DNA of 56,486 nt, filler included, from Jimgerdemannia flammicorona (lineage: Eukaryota): NCBI GenBank assembly GCA_003990765.1. It is 3 parts of 3 records of this genome, joined end to end, with 100 filler letters (N's around TTAATTAATTAA, not from the genome) between each part and the next. Parts side by side here need not be neighbours in the genome. Positions count along the whole stretch, not along the records: positions 1 to 18,768 come from RBNJ01002119.1; positions 18,869 to 37,635 come from RBNJ01002120.1; 1 more part is not named here. One strand, given 5' to 3'. Position 1 is the first letter of the stretch; every line of letters begins with the position of its first letter. Below the pieces are notes generated by a model. It worked only from the letters and a program-made list of their open reading frames with translations, was not told the DNA's origin and made no database searches. The position numbers and the translations under genes were made by a program. Positions 11,911-24,076 of the stretch are shown here, one piece after another.

Positions 11911-14511
11911 CTACAAGAAGCTCAGTCCCAGCCCAATCTGTAGCCCTTTCTTATACTGATCACCCATCGCTATGGCCAGCGGCACGCAGAAATTGAGCTC
12001 TAGCCGCGCGATGCTGTGACGGTAGATGAGTCCGAGGCCAGCCGCCACGCTTGGCGACCGCGTTAGGGACTCGAGTGTCTGCTGCGGCGTGTTGTCTGCG
12101 ACGGCGGACAGAATGAATTGGGGTCAATGTCGGAGGCGGGGTAGGACGAATGAAACAGTCATCACGTTGAAGGTATAAATAAAAAATGGGAGAGACCCTC
12201 ACTATTATTATATGGCACTAGCGTCCCCGCATTCACGAACAGGTGAGCCCGCACTGGGTACTCGGACAGCCGTGGCAGCGGGCTCGTGAGGCTGACGCCC
12301 CCAGCCCAGTATGCGTCGCCGCCTAGCGCGTCCTCTGTGATCCAGCAACATGGAGGGAAAGCAACCAAAATACCATGAGGATCCATTCCATCTCTATTCC
12401 TAAACGAAATAATAATGCACTCCAAACAAACACTGCGTTCAACTCTACTCATATTATTAACTCATCCCTCCAAAAACAAATAAAAAAAAAAACGATGCGC
12501 ACTCCGATCCCTAGGTCCGATCCCGCCCGTCCTAAACCCGCGTACGGAGGTTGATCCGCCCAGCTGGAACCTATCAACTATCCTAGAAGGAGCGCCATCG
12601 AGCGTGTAGAGCAGGCCGCCTCGCAGTGTTGCACTCAGAACAAAGCCGAGGGGTAGGCGGGCTGCGACCTGGGCCTCCACATCGTTTCGGACGTGGTGAG
12701 TGTCGCCTAGACCGCCGACTCCGGCGAGCTCCTGCTGCGCGCGTACGAAATAGCCTTGTGTCGGCAGAAGCGGGTCATCGCGCCGGTCGCGCGTGAAGGT
12801 GTGCGTCAGCGCGCATTTCAGGGAGTGGCCGGCTTGGTTGCGGATGCTGCACGTCGGGCAAGCAAGAGGGGGGAGGGGTGGTGTGGTTGTATGCGTAAGA
12901 AAATGTGGATGCGGGTGAAGAGATTAGGGATGGAATATAAAAAGACCATTGCATAACGATTACGATGCAGACGGGAGGGGGCGGATGTAGCAAGGGTGAA
13001 TACCTCAACGACGCCGTCTCCGCAAGCCGATCGACGGTTCGCCATATCGCGCCGTAGCTGAGCTCGTGATAACCCAGTTTCGATAACGCCTAAGGCATAA
13101 AGCAGATCAAGGTGTAATAAACAGTCGGTATATGACGGAAAACGTTGGTCAATAAGTCAAATTTAACTGTTCATGCTATCCCCACATGCTTACACAGCCA
13201 ATTTCACCAATTCGCCCCCCCCCCCTAACTGCTTTTTCACCCACCACACACCAAAAATCAAAATCATGCATGTTCACCTCCTCCCGCCTATCTCCTCTCC
13301 AACTATTCAAACTCTCTTATTCTCACCCACACTTTTTTTTTAAAAAAAAAAAATCGACACCTACTTTGAACCTAACCCCCCCGCCACTGAGCGCCTCCTC
13401 GTACGAGCTGTATGGGGTGTTGCGCACAAGATTGAAGGCGTTGATATCGATACGAGCGTCGGGAGAGGCATTGACGGGTCTGGCCAGGCAGAACTGGAAG
13501 GCGGACGAAGTGCTTGTGCCGAAGGAGATGTTTGTCTCAAGGGTCTCGGCGCCACCAAAGACGTTGCGGATGTTGATGGAGCCGTTCTGGTGGAGGGGAA
13601 AGGTTGTTTTGTTGGCGAGGAATAATACCAAATAATACGGATTCCACGAGCAGAAAAAGGGAATAAAAAAATAAAAATTGAAGTCGTTCCCGTTTGTATT
13701 CGCAACAAACACTCCACTCACTTATTCCTCCCAACCATAAACCATAATCCCTTCACCCGCCAAACACCTACCATGCTTCCCTCCCCGTTTCCGATCTCGG
13801 TTCCCGTCTTGATAAATAACCTAGGCTTCTCCTTGACGTTTATGTGAAGGTCGATGGATCCATCCACGGCGATAGGATCCCTCGCTGCGTCGAGTAGCAG
13901 ATCAACATCGTCAAAGATGTCGAAGCGGCGCAGATCGGCGACGGCGCGCTGTGCGGTCTCGAGGATCGAGCTCACCGTGCGCGTCTTGAATACCGGTCGT
14001 ACAACCGAGAGGAGGAACGAGTCGCGCGTGTGACGCCGGCCGTAAATGTGGATACTGTGCACATGGGATTTCGTCGTCGCCGTGGAGGAGAGCTGAGGGA
14101 GGATAAGACGAGGTGGGAATTGAATACGGTAATTGAATACGGTAATTGGATATGGTAATGATTAGCTTGGATCGGGGGAATTACATGAGTTCAATTTCAC
14201 ATTCCTCCTCTCACCCATTTCAACCATCACCTTGTCCACCCGCTCTTCTTTCTCGCCGAGCCTCTCTTTCTATGGCTCCCACACAACTCACCAATTTTAT
14301 CAGCCTTGCAGCAGTCTCCTCATATGCCTGCTGGTACTGCTCCTCGCTCTCCAGCGCCGAGATGGAACCGCCGGCGGGATTCTCGGCGCGCCGTTGCTCC
14401 TCCTGGGCCTTGCCTAATAGCTGTAATGGGGAAGCGCCACATTAGGTGGGAGGAGGTAAATAAGAGTGTATGAAGGATGTTGCTACGCACGTCGTCGTCC
14501 AGGGTGCTCAT
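11911..14511 (-). CDS. SAM50: Mitochondrial outer-membrane beta-barrel assembly protein Sam50/Tob55 (multi-exon)
   Basis: POTRA-like IHIYGRRHTRDSFL...FDIFDDVDLLLD; KTGTEIGNGEGS; IRNVFGGAETLE; DRFQLGGSTSVRGF; DALGGDAYWAGG; C-terminal beta signal KKGLQIGLGLSFL*. Confidence 0.93.
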
Positions 14512-16361
14512 GGATGGAGATATTGCGGGAAAGGTTTGTTTATGAGTCGCGTTTGCGCGTCACATAATTACTTCACGCATTTAGGGGTGACGTCACAGAG
14601 ACACGTTTTTTTTTTTTAATTGATTTTACGAGCACATTATGTCATTAACAAACTAACACTTTTAAATAAATAAATACCTATTGGAACTTTTATATTATTA
14701 AATAATTATATCTGATTTTATGTTTTTATGTTTTTATGTTTTTTTTTTTTTTAGTCTTCTTACCTTTAATCTATCAAATAAATATATGTAACAAGATATT
14801 TAGTAATAAAAAGAGCGAAAAAATCAAAAATCAAAAAAATCAAAAATCAAAGTGAAAAGTTTAATAAGAAATATAAAAATTAAACATAAAATAGTTTTTA
14901 TAATTAATTTAAAATAGATTTTGCCACTAATATTAATCTCACCAAGTATTGAAAATATATTATAACTCAATTAGCTTACCAATCTATATATTAGTATTAG
15001 CAGATTTAAAGTTATACCAGCAGGTTTGTGGGAATGCACGAGCACGCGTTGCCTCGATGTTTATTGATGTTCGTCGCACACACCAAACCACACTGGAGTG
15101 GCATTCTGTGAGAACTCTCGGGGGGGGGCAAGTTTGCTGACTGTATAATAAATGGTCGTGAAGTTGAACGGTTGATAGGAAGGTATAGAAGTGGATCGGA
15201 AGACTAACGGTTATGTCGTCCGCAGCTTGTTGGCTTGGAATGAAACCATGTGTAATCGGCTACTTATTGTCTTTGAGATACAGTTATAGTTGATTTGCTG
15301 GATGTCAGTTGTTACAAAAGAGGTTCGGAATAAGGTGGATATTTTGTTGAAAGCTGATACATCATCCATGCTCTAGGTTTGCTGGCAGTGGCACATGACC
15401 TTAATATTTAGGCTTTTTTTGCAAATGCTGCAAAGCATTTGAACTAGTTAGCTTAGACGAGCCAGGTTGTCATGGACTCTAGTCTCGGCATGTAGTGAAT
15501 ATGAAAAGAACCAACGAAATGCAATGGACCTATATGAAGTAAAAGGAAAATAGGTCCGTTAAGAGCAAATAGCTGCCGCTGGAGCATTTGGATGGAGCGC
15601 TCGAGTACCCTCACCCTCAGAGTGGCTCCGTAACATTGCCAAAGCGCCTGTCTTCTGAGACTCGACAAGAACGCCGTCCCGCGTGTCTGCTGGGACTACA
15701 AGCTCTGACCTGTGGCCTTTGAAAACAAGGGCGAGGACGAGGATGACTTGCTCAGAGGGTATGTAAAGATTTCCATAGCTCTCCAAGGTGTCTCAGGCAG
15801 CGGGCTTCGAATTGAACCGAATCACGGCCCAACTCCAGCTACCGCCACGGGATAGGTACCAAGCACGACGAAACGTGCAATTTGTTTTCAAGGTTGTCAA
15901 TGCGGTTTGTTATTGCTGGGGTTTGCAATCAGGTGAGATTGACCCGTCAGTATTTTGTCCCTGTGAAGGAAGTTGACAACATCGCCGAGTTGGTTCGAAG
16001 CGACTCCTCCAAAGTTGCGGTCTTCTCCTCAAGCTCGTTAACGTTTTTTTCTAACTGGAGATTTATATGCACCAACTATTCAACGTTAGCGTGCTATGAC
16101 GTCATTCTAAAAAATTCCCACAAAGCCGCGAGGAATTCATCAATATATGTTGTATCGTGGAGCACACAAATGGGATTATTCTCTAAAAAATGATACATGT
16201 TGCAATGCCGATCTCAAAAAAATTCGCACGAGTGTGATAAGATAACGTTTCATGAGTTGAAAAAGCAGGAAGCCTGATCTTTCTCCCGTATCCAACCAAC
16301 CGTGACTATCCACCATCACTATGCTCACCACCCAATGTCCTCTCTCCTTTACCCCTCCCTA

Positions 16362-16649
16362 CTAATTCGCCAAGCTCTTCCTCTTCATATCCTCAACAAC
16401 AAGCTTCTCGCCTGCATACATGGAGTTGACAAAACTCTGCCTCTCGAGCACCTTGAGGTCTTTCTCGGCCTTGCACACCAGCTCGGCCACCCGTTCCGGA
16501 TTCGTCTCGCCAGCGTGGGCGCGGAACCCATCGCGCGTGCGCCGCGCAGCATAGTCGCGAAAGTTGTAGCTGCTGAACCGTCCTGCGTTGCGAAGCATTG
16601 TACGATACAGGTGGAGGACGTAGGTCCGGGAGACGGGCGCGGCGGACAT
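16362..16649 (-). CDS. ISD11: LYR-motif protein Isd11/LYRM4 (Fe-S cluster assembly)
   Basis: VLHLYRTMLRNAGRFSSYNFRDYAARRTRDGFR...LKVLERQSFVNSMYAGEKLVVE; 95 aa from ATG 16649. Confidence 0.93.
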   Translation of the reverse strand: MSAAPVSRTYVLHLYRTMLRNAGRFSSYNFRDYAARRTRDGFRAHAGETNPERVAELVCKAEKDLKVLERQSFVNSMYAGEKLVVEDMKRKSLAN

Positions 16650-16828
16650 GGTGTATTGTGTGTGGGGAGGGGAGGGGATGCAGAGTTGCGATTTATCAGA
16701 TCTGTGACGTACCATTTGTTATGGCGGCTTGGCTTCGTCCTGTGGCTTGTGAATATAAATCTGCCAACGATTTTCGCTTGCTCGCCTCATGCCGACAAAT
16801 GCACAATCAGGCCCACACCATACCTTCC

Positions 16829-18722
16829 ATGGCAACCCGCAACTTTAAGACCGCCATTGCGCGCAACATATCCCGCCTGACGGGTCACACCGAGCCCTTT
16901 TTGCTTGGCTGCATCGAGCGCCCCAAGCTGAGGAGTCACGGCGAGTTCTCCATACCCATACCTAAGTTAATAAAAACCCCATTGGCGACGGGAGAGAGGA
17001 TCGTGAAGAAACCTGTTGATCTGAGTAAGGAGCTGGCGGAGAAGGTTAGCGCGGATTTGGAATTGTCGAGGGAATGCACTATCGGGGTTCGGTGAAAGAT
17101 AGGCGTATCGATTTCGTACATGACGCCAAACTTAATATATCCACATTGTCTTCCAGTTTCCACAGGACCCGCTAATCCGTACAGCAACACCACAAGGTGC
17201 CTTCCTGAATTTTTCCGTCCACCCAGTCGAGTTTATCCGACAGGTGGTGACGCAGGTGCACACAGAATGCGACGGGTACGGCATGCATCCGTCATTGGGC
17301 CGGGGTCGCACTTGCGTCGTCGACTATAGCTCACCCAACATTGCCAAGCCATTCCACGCGGGCCACCTACGCAGCACGATTTTGGGAAATTTTGTTTCAA
17401 AGGTTCATGAGGCATGCGGGTGGAAGGTTATAGGAATTAACTATTTGGGGGATTGGGGGAAACAGTATGGTAAGCAAAGTGCAGATTTATTTTATTTTAT
17501 TATTTTAGGAGGGAAGGTAGAGGGCGAACTAAAAGAACGGCAACCCAATTGAACCCCTTTGGTCTCTCCTCGCAGGTCTTCTCGCGGTCGGTTTCGACAA
17601 GTACGGCGACCAGGCCAAGCTGGAGCAGGATCCGATCCACCACCTGTACGAGGTTTACATCCGGATCAACAAGGAGGCCGAGACGGACAAGGAGATAGAT
17701 GTCAAGGCCAAAGAGTACTTTAAAAGGATGGAGGAGGGTGGGTGTCCGTCTCTGGTTTGTGGTTGAGTTTTTTATATGCTGGCAAGGATAGGTGACCCGT
17801 ATACCCAACACCCTATACTCCACCCAGGCGACGAGACAGCCCTTTCGACCTGGCGCCACTTCCGCACCCTCAGCATTGCCTCCTACACTCCCCTCTACAC
17901 GCGTCTCAACATCCGCTTCGACGTCTACACCGGTGAATCCGAGACCGATGCCCACATACCACGCATCCAGGACCTTCTCGCTCACCACAATCTTGCCATC
18001 ACCGACCCCGCCGATGGCGCCGTCCACGTCGACCTCGACCGCTGGGATCTCGGTAAACCCGTCATCCGACGCGCCGACGGGACTAGCCTGTACGTCACGC
18101 GTGATCTGGCCAGTTTGGCCATGCGGAGGGAGAGGTGGGCGTTTGACCGGGCGGTTTATGTTGTTGGGCATGAACAGGAGAGGTATTTGAAGCAGGTGTT
18201 TCGGATTGCGGGATTGCTCTGGGGCGGTGAGCGGGAGGAAGAAGAGCGTGAGATAAAGAGGAGGAGAATTGAGGAGAAGACACATGTAGGGGAGGAGGAG
18301 ATGGAACCGGACAATCATTGGACGGAGGATCTAGTGCATGTGTCATTTGGACGGATTCATGGTATGTCGACACGGAAGGGAAACGTGGTGTTTTTGCGCG
18401 ATATTCTTGATACGGCGAGAGCGACTATGCTCGAAATTATGAGAGGGAACGAGGAGAAGTTTGAGGAGATAATGGAGGTCGGGACGGACGCGAACACGGG
18501 AGAAGGAAAAGAGGGGGCTTCCGCCCAAGGAGAGACCACTGCTAGGCTGACGGGCGAGGCGGCGGTGGAGCAGATCGCAGATGTGGTGGGTGCGTCGGCG
18601 GTCGTGGTGCAGGACATGCAAGGGAGGCGGGCCAAGGATTACGACTTCTCGTGGGAGAGGATGACAGACGCCATAGGCGATACTGGGGTGTATTTGCAGT
18701 ACGCGCATGCCAGGATCTGTGG
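16829..18722 (+). CDS. MSR1: Arginyl-tRNA synthetase, probably mitochondrial (MSR1/RARS2-type); multi-exon, 3'-truncated by the gap
   Basis: SSPNIAKPFHAGHLRSTILG (HIGH), INYLGDWGKQYG, RADGTSLYVTRDLA, GMSTRKG, GDTGVYLQYAHARIC. N-terminus MATRNFKTAIARNISRL resembles RARS2; localisation is inferred. Confidence 0.88.
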
Positions 18723-18768
18723 GTGAGTTTATATGTCTCATGTTGTGCACCATTTTTTTTTTTTTTTT

Positions 18769-18868
18769 NNNNNNNNNNNNNNNNNNNNNNNNNNNNNNNN
18801 NNNNNNNNNNNNTTAATTAATTAANNNNNNNNNNNNNNNNNNNNNNNNNNNNNNNNNNNNNNNNNNNN
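18769..18868. other. Artificial contig join (44N + TTAATTAATTAA + 44N)
   Basis: N run with a six-frame-stop linker at 18813-18824. Confidence 0.97.
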
Positions 18869-19190
18869 GGGGGGGAGGGGGAGGGGGAAGGTTGGCCAAA
18901 CAACCATTGATTTCACCTACGGTCATCTTCGCGGAAGGTGGTAGCTCTCAAAGCCAACTGAGCAAGAACGAAAACGGAAATACATCGTCGATATTCTCGG
19001 GTTGATCCAACGACAAAATCTCACTTTGTGGGTTTTTTTCCTGCATCTCGACCCTTCTCTTCAATGTACATAAAAATAATTCACAAAATGGCTTGCAATA
19101 AATATAAGTTTCAGAAACAAACAAACAAACAACGTTCATGTCCATGTATATGTCCGTGATGTGACTACTGACTACAAACAACTCGAAATA

Positions 19191-20403
19191 TCACATCATA
19201 AAATGATGCCGACTCCGGGGCGTCCATGAAAACGTGCCAAATCGAATGTATTTCAACATTCCGCAGTTCTTCACCAAGGCCTCAGAAAATGCCTCGTTTA
19301 CTTCTGCAGGTTGGATGATGATGAAACTAAGACATCGCTTCCACCCGTTCATGTCCGCCACACCCTCGCTCGTGAATTGGACTTTGCTTTGCTTGATTTC
19401 AAGTGATTGAAGACTGCCAGCGTGGCGGGCGCAATGGGCGAGGAACTGGTCTGAGAGGCTCGTTACGTATTCCGAGTCAAGGTGTTCAAGGTGCGGGCAG
19501 GAGTCGATGAGGTGGCACAGAGACTTTTCTGAGATGTCTGGAGAATTGTTGTCCCACACGGCATGCAGCTTCAGCATTCTTAAAATACGGATAACAACCG
19601 GCGACAGCCTGCACCACCGAGCTTCGGAAAAATTGGGGCTACGGACGATCGCGAGATTGTTGAAGTTTCGGTGCCAAGTTCGCAAGCCCTGGTCCAGTGG
19701 ATCGGCCGTCATTTCTAGGTCCCAAAGCTCGAGTGAACGCAGTTCCGGAAGAACGAAAATGTTGTTGGAATTGGTGGCGAGAGCGGATTGGCTTGAATAA
19801 CAGAGAAATACTTGAAGTGACTTGGGAAGGTTTTGTAGTATAAAATCGCGGCAAGGGCCGGGACCGGGGGGGTGGGAGGCGTTCGGTGTCAATGAATACG
19901 AGGGATTTGAGCCTTTGAGACAGCGCGGGGAAAATCGTCTGCAAAACGCTGAGGTAAGATTGCCGGTCATCGACATTGGATGTATTAAGATTAAGGCGGA
20001 TAGATTGAAGTTGGGAGGGGAGAAAAAGCTGCAGGATGCGAATGATTGCTGTGTCGGGGTGGACCATGTATCTCGTGCGCCGGTTCCAAACGTGTATTGT
20101 GGATTCTCTGATGTGGCTAGCACGGTCGATATTATCTTGTGAGGCGCTCGCACGCTCGCCGACCAGCGAGTCTGCGAGCTGGTTCCAGATTCGATCGTCC
20201 AAATCGTACCCTTCGTTGGCTTCTCCGCAGAGGATCTTGATATACTTCCAGAGCAGCGGGAGAGCGGCGGCGCGCCAATCGCGGGAGATAAGAGAGCAGT
20301 TGAAGAGGTCCGTGCGCTTGAGGTGATGATTAACGGCATCTCCCTTCGGAAATATCACGAAGATAACTGCTGAGTATTCGAAAGGAAGTGCTATGATCGG
20401 CAT
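19191..20403 (-). pseudogene. F-box/LRR protein with one frameshift (pseudogene or homopolymer sequencing error)
   Basis: F-box-like ALPFEY...DLFNCSLISRDWRAAALPLLWKYI in one frame; LRRs (LPELRSLELWD, IDSCPHLEHLD, LQSLEI, LVKNCGMLKYI) in another. The switch falls near the G7 run at 19866-19872. Confidence 0.75.
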
Positions 20404-20593
20404 AACAAGTAGCCTGGGTTCACGAGGCTGATGGCAAGTAGGTCACACAAAGTACTGGATTTGCACACATCGCACGACACACGTTGCATTCTTTATGTTT
20501 GCATCACCCTTAACCTCTTCACAGACATGAACAACGCACCTAATCATCACATCACTTCGAAAGATTGCATCGCAACCCCATGGAATCTTCTTC

Positions 20594-22645
20594 TTACAAA
20601 CACTGCGGATGGAACGGCACCCCGACACTCTCCTCGGCCGTTCCCCCCGATTCGGACCCATCCGCCCTGAGTTTTCCTCCCACGTCGGGCGCGACCGCAT
20701 TGGCCCTTCTGGGCCCAGAGCCGCTCCTGCGCATCCCGCGCCATGATCGCACGGTGGGCGGCAGGTATTTGAATTGGGGGGAGTCGTAGTAGAGGTGCTT
20801 GCCACAGGCACGGCAAGTTGCCGCGAAGAGGTTGCGGTGAGAAGCGAGCCAGTCCTGACGGGACGTAGGCGGGTAAGGATAGAGGATAACTCGTACAAAT
20901 TTCATTTAGCAAAATGCACAAATGCAAATGCAAAAAAAGAAAAGACGCAAGACTCACCAAAAAGCAAATCAGAGCCTCTCTACCGCCCATGGTCGCAAAC
21001 CTATCCATTGTTTCTGTCGCTAGTTGGGTTATGCGTTGGAAGACGAAATGATCCGAATCCTGCCATATATTTTTCTGGGAACACGTAGCCGGATCGTCGA
21101 AATGAGATCGTTTATGTGGCTCGGTTTGAGGAGTTTTTTCTCTTTTCTTTCATATTTGCTCTTCAATACTGGTGGTATTCATGACCCCCCCCCCTTCTCC
21201 CACAAACGCCCCATTCATTCAAAACACATGGTTGAAGTTATTGCGGGCAACGCACCTCCTCCTTCCATCCGAACACAGCCAACTTATTAAACGCGACGCT
21301 ATCCGACACCGGGTCGTACTGGACATCGGCGAACACGTTCATCACACGTGTCACGGATACCTTAGAAAATATTACTGAAGGTTGTGAGCAATAATACAGA
21401 CCCAACAATATTGCCTCCTCCCAAAATGTTGCGAGGCGCACACGGGCCTACCTTAATGCACGTCACCGACCCTACCAGGCCCGCCGCCCCATCTCCCTCC
21501 CCGCCCTTGATCCTCGACACGCGCACGTCCACGTCCGGGAACCTCCGCGATGCGAGCCACTCGTCAACGAGGTCCTCGAGACTCTGCGCCGGCTCGGGGC
21601 TGGAACGTTGCCAAACCGGTGCCAGTTACATAAGTTGATAGAAAAGATATAAGTACGCTCCGTAAATCGTCCAAGACCAACCAACCTCTTCGCTCTGCCG
21701 TCTTCGCTCACGGCCAGCGCCATTATAGTCTTCTTGGCGACGCCGCCCTCATCCTCGTCCTCGTATGGCCGCTTGACACGGTGCACGGTCGCATTGGAGA
21801 GGTAGCTGGCAGGTAAAAAAGAATGCGTGAGTGTGGGGAACATCAAGGAGAGTTCCTCCACTTCCCTCACAAACCTGAGGGCGCGCTCGGCATTCCTGCG
21901 AAGCGACTCGGCGACATGCGCGCGCGCTGCCTCTGGGTCGAGGAACTGTGTGGCGGCGTCCCTGGGCCGGTCGTCCGTCTTGGCGTCATCGCGGGACAGA
22001 AGCTCGGACTTGAACAGTTTCTCGGCGTCCCATTTCCGCACAAGGCCCAGCTTCTGTGCTTCAATTAAGGGTTCTGGTGATGGTGGGACGTTAGGAAAAG
22101 AGTTTCTCGTTATGTTCTGGGCGTTCAACTATTCACAGACGGCGCAATTATCTGCTCCCGTGGAACGCCAGGCACAGAACAGGAAAAGCACATACGTTCC
22201 GCCTCTATGGCCATCGAATCTAATCCTTCGATCCTCCTCTTAATGTTATCGAGCGCGCCCTTGATCTTGGCGACGACGTCAGTTTTATCTCCTGTTCGGA
22301 AAGAATGGGTGCCGAGAGTCAAAGTGCAGCCCAACTTCGGCTCCCCATTGGCCCTATCACAGTAATCACTTTAGACGACGTTTGAGTGCTGCACTGTAGC
22401 GACTGAGACAAACTGCCATCGAGATTAACCTATGAGGAGGTCCTCCAATTGGTAAAAGTCGCTGACGGAGGCGCGAAGCTGGTTCAACTGGAAGGATTGT
22501 GTGGTAGAGCTGTAAGCCACAGGTGGTTGCAAGAGAGGCAGGCAAAGGTTTGCCTCATACATACAGATGTGAGCATTGTGGTGATCTTTGCGATGCCATC
22601 CTTCAGTTCCACTTCGGAGAGGGTGTGGTTCTTGTTCTGTGCCAT
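20594..22645 (-). CDS. MED27: Mediator complex subunit 27 (multi-exon)
   Basis: KLAVFGWKEE|KNIWQDSDHFVFQRITQLATE and DWLASHRNLFAATCRACGKHL...LPPTVRSW...FHPQC match the Med27 C-terminal Cys/His motif. Start MAQNKNHTLSEVELKDGI at 22645. Confidence 0.8.
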
Positions 22646-22731
22646 AGCTCAAAGCAGAAAGAGTGTGTGTATAACAAACAACTCGCCAGATACGTGTCAC
22701 AGTCACACGAGCACTTGTTTCCCTAGCTGAA

Positions 22732-23725
22732 ATGTCCGACCGCGTCGTCCTCAACGTTGGCGGCCGCCGCTTCGTCACCTTCCTCTCCACCCTCCGCCAG
22801 TTTCCCGACACCGTGCTCGGCACCATGTTTGCCGAGGACAACATGCCCATGGCGAAGACCGTCGACCCTCAGGAATACTTCTTTGACCGCAACGGCGACG
22901 TGTTCGCCGTCATCATTGAATTCTACCGCAACGGCGGGAGGCTGTTCCTCCCCGACAAGTGGGAGAAATTTACGCGGGAGATGTTGGGTACCGATTGAAG
23001 TTTCTTTTCGTCTGTCCGTCGCATCTGCGCCATCAATTCACTCTATTGATTTTGCCCCTCATCCAGCCGCCGAACTAGACTACTTCCAAATCCCTCATGA
23101 CTCCTCCCTCCTCCCTAACCAGCCCGGCCCCCCCACCGACAGTCTTAAACCCCCCACCGACAGTCTTGAGCACCTCGCCTCAACCCTCCCTGCCTCAAAG
23201 CGCTACCTATCTGACCTGCGGTCCCTTTGCCTTACGCGCGCACACCGAATCATGCGCCTCTACGGCAACTTCCTCCTCCGGCTCTTCTGGCTCGGCATCG
23301 AGTTCAGTCATTCTCGAGGGCCCACGGAGATTGGCCCCAAGATGCGGCTTGACCTCAAATTCTCCGAGGATGGTGCTGGTCCGATATTCCTCCAGACGGC
23401 GTCCCTGAACCTGACGCGGCGCTACTATGGTGACCGGTCACCGGGATCACAGGAGTTGCTAGCACGCGTTCCCTCCGAGGAATGGCAGGAGGTCGACTGG
23501 TCCGCATTGATCTCGTTTCTGGAGATGGAGCCGGAGACGTCGCGCGAGTCGCCATATCTGAGGGGGAAGGAGGAGGGCGTACTCAAGTGGGTGAGGGATG
23601 AATTCGTGCTAGCGTTGGCCAAGGCCATGGGGGATGCGCAGGCATTACAGAACATCCTCGTCGATCGGACGTCGAACCATCGATGTGTGGTTAGGATCGA
23701 GATCAATGGTGATCGATTCCAGTGA
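22732..23725 (+). CDS. BTB/POZ (KCTD, K-channel tetramerisation-type) domain protein; intron 22988-23066
   Basis: RVVLNVGGRRFVTFLSTLRQFPDTVLGTMF...EYFFDRNGDVFAVIIEFYRNG...|AELDYFQIP. Confidence 0.88.
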
Positions 23726-24076
23726 GGTTGAGGTGGCGATTTGGTTTGTATTATGACTTTTTTCAAGGATCGATTTCATGTATATATAATCACATTTTAC
23801 GACGTACCACTGTAGCTATCGAATTTTGGACACGCCTCAATCACATTTTTGGCAGAAAATCGCAAGCCATCCGACCCTATAAGTCCTGTGAATATTCACG
23901 ACCGACTTTTTCTATATTATTCATTGAGCCATGCACCACACCTGAGAATGCAAACAATATATACATATAGCCACTGCTTCCAGGTAAATAATAAATGCAT
24001 GACAAAGCTCATGCAAGTCGCCACAACTGGCACTAGACACTCAGACTTTCGCGCTCGCCCCTCCATCCCTACCTCT

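Noticed and set aside
14950..16250. Possible degenerate gene between SAM50 and ISD11
   Set aside because: Only short, stop-interrupted frames with no family I can recognise.
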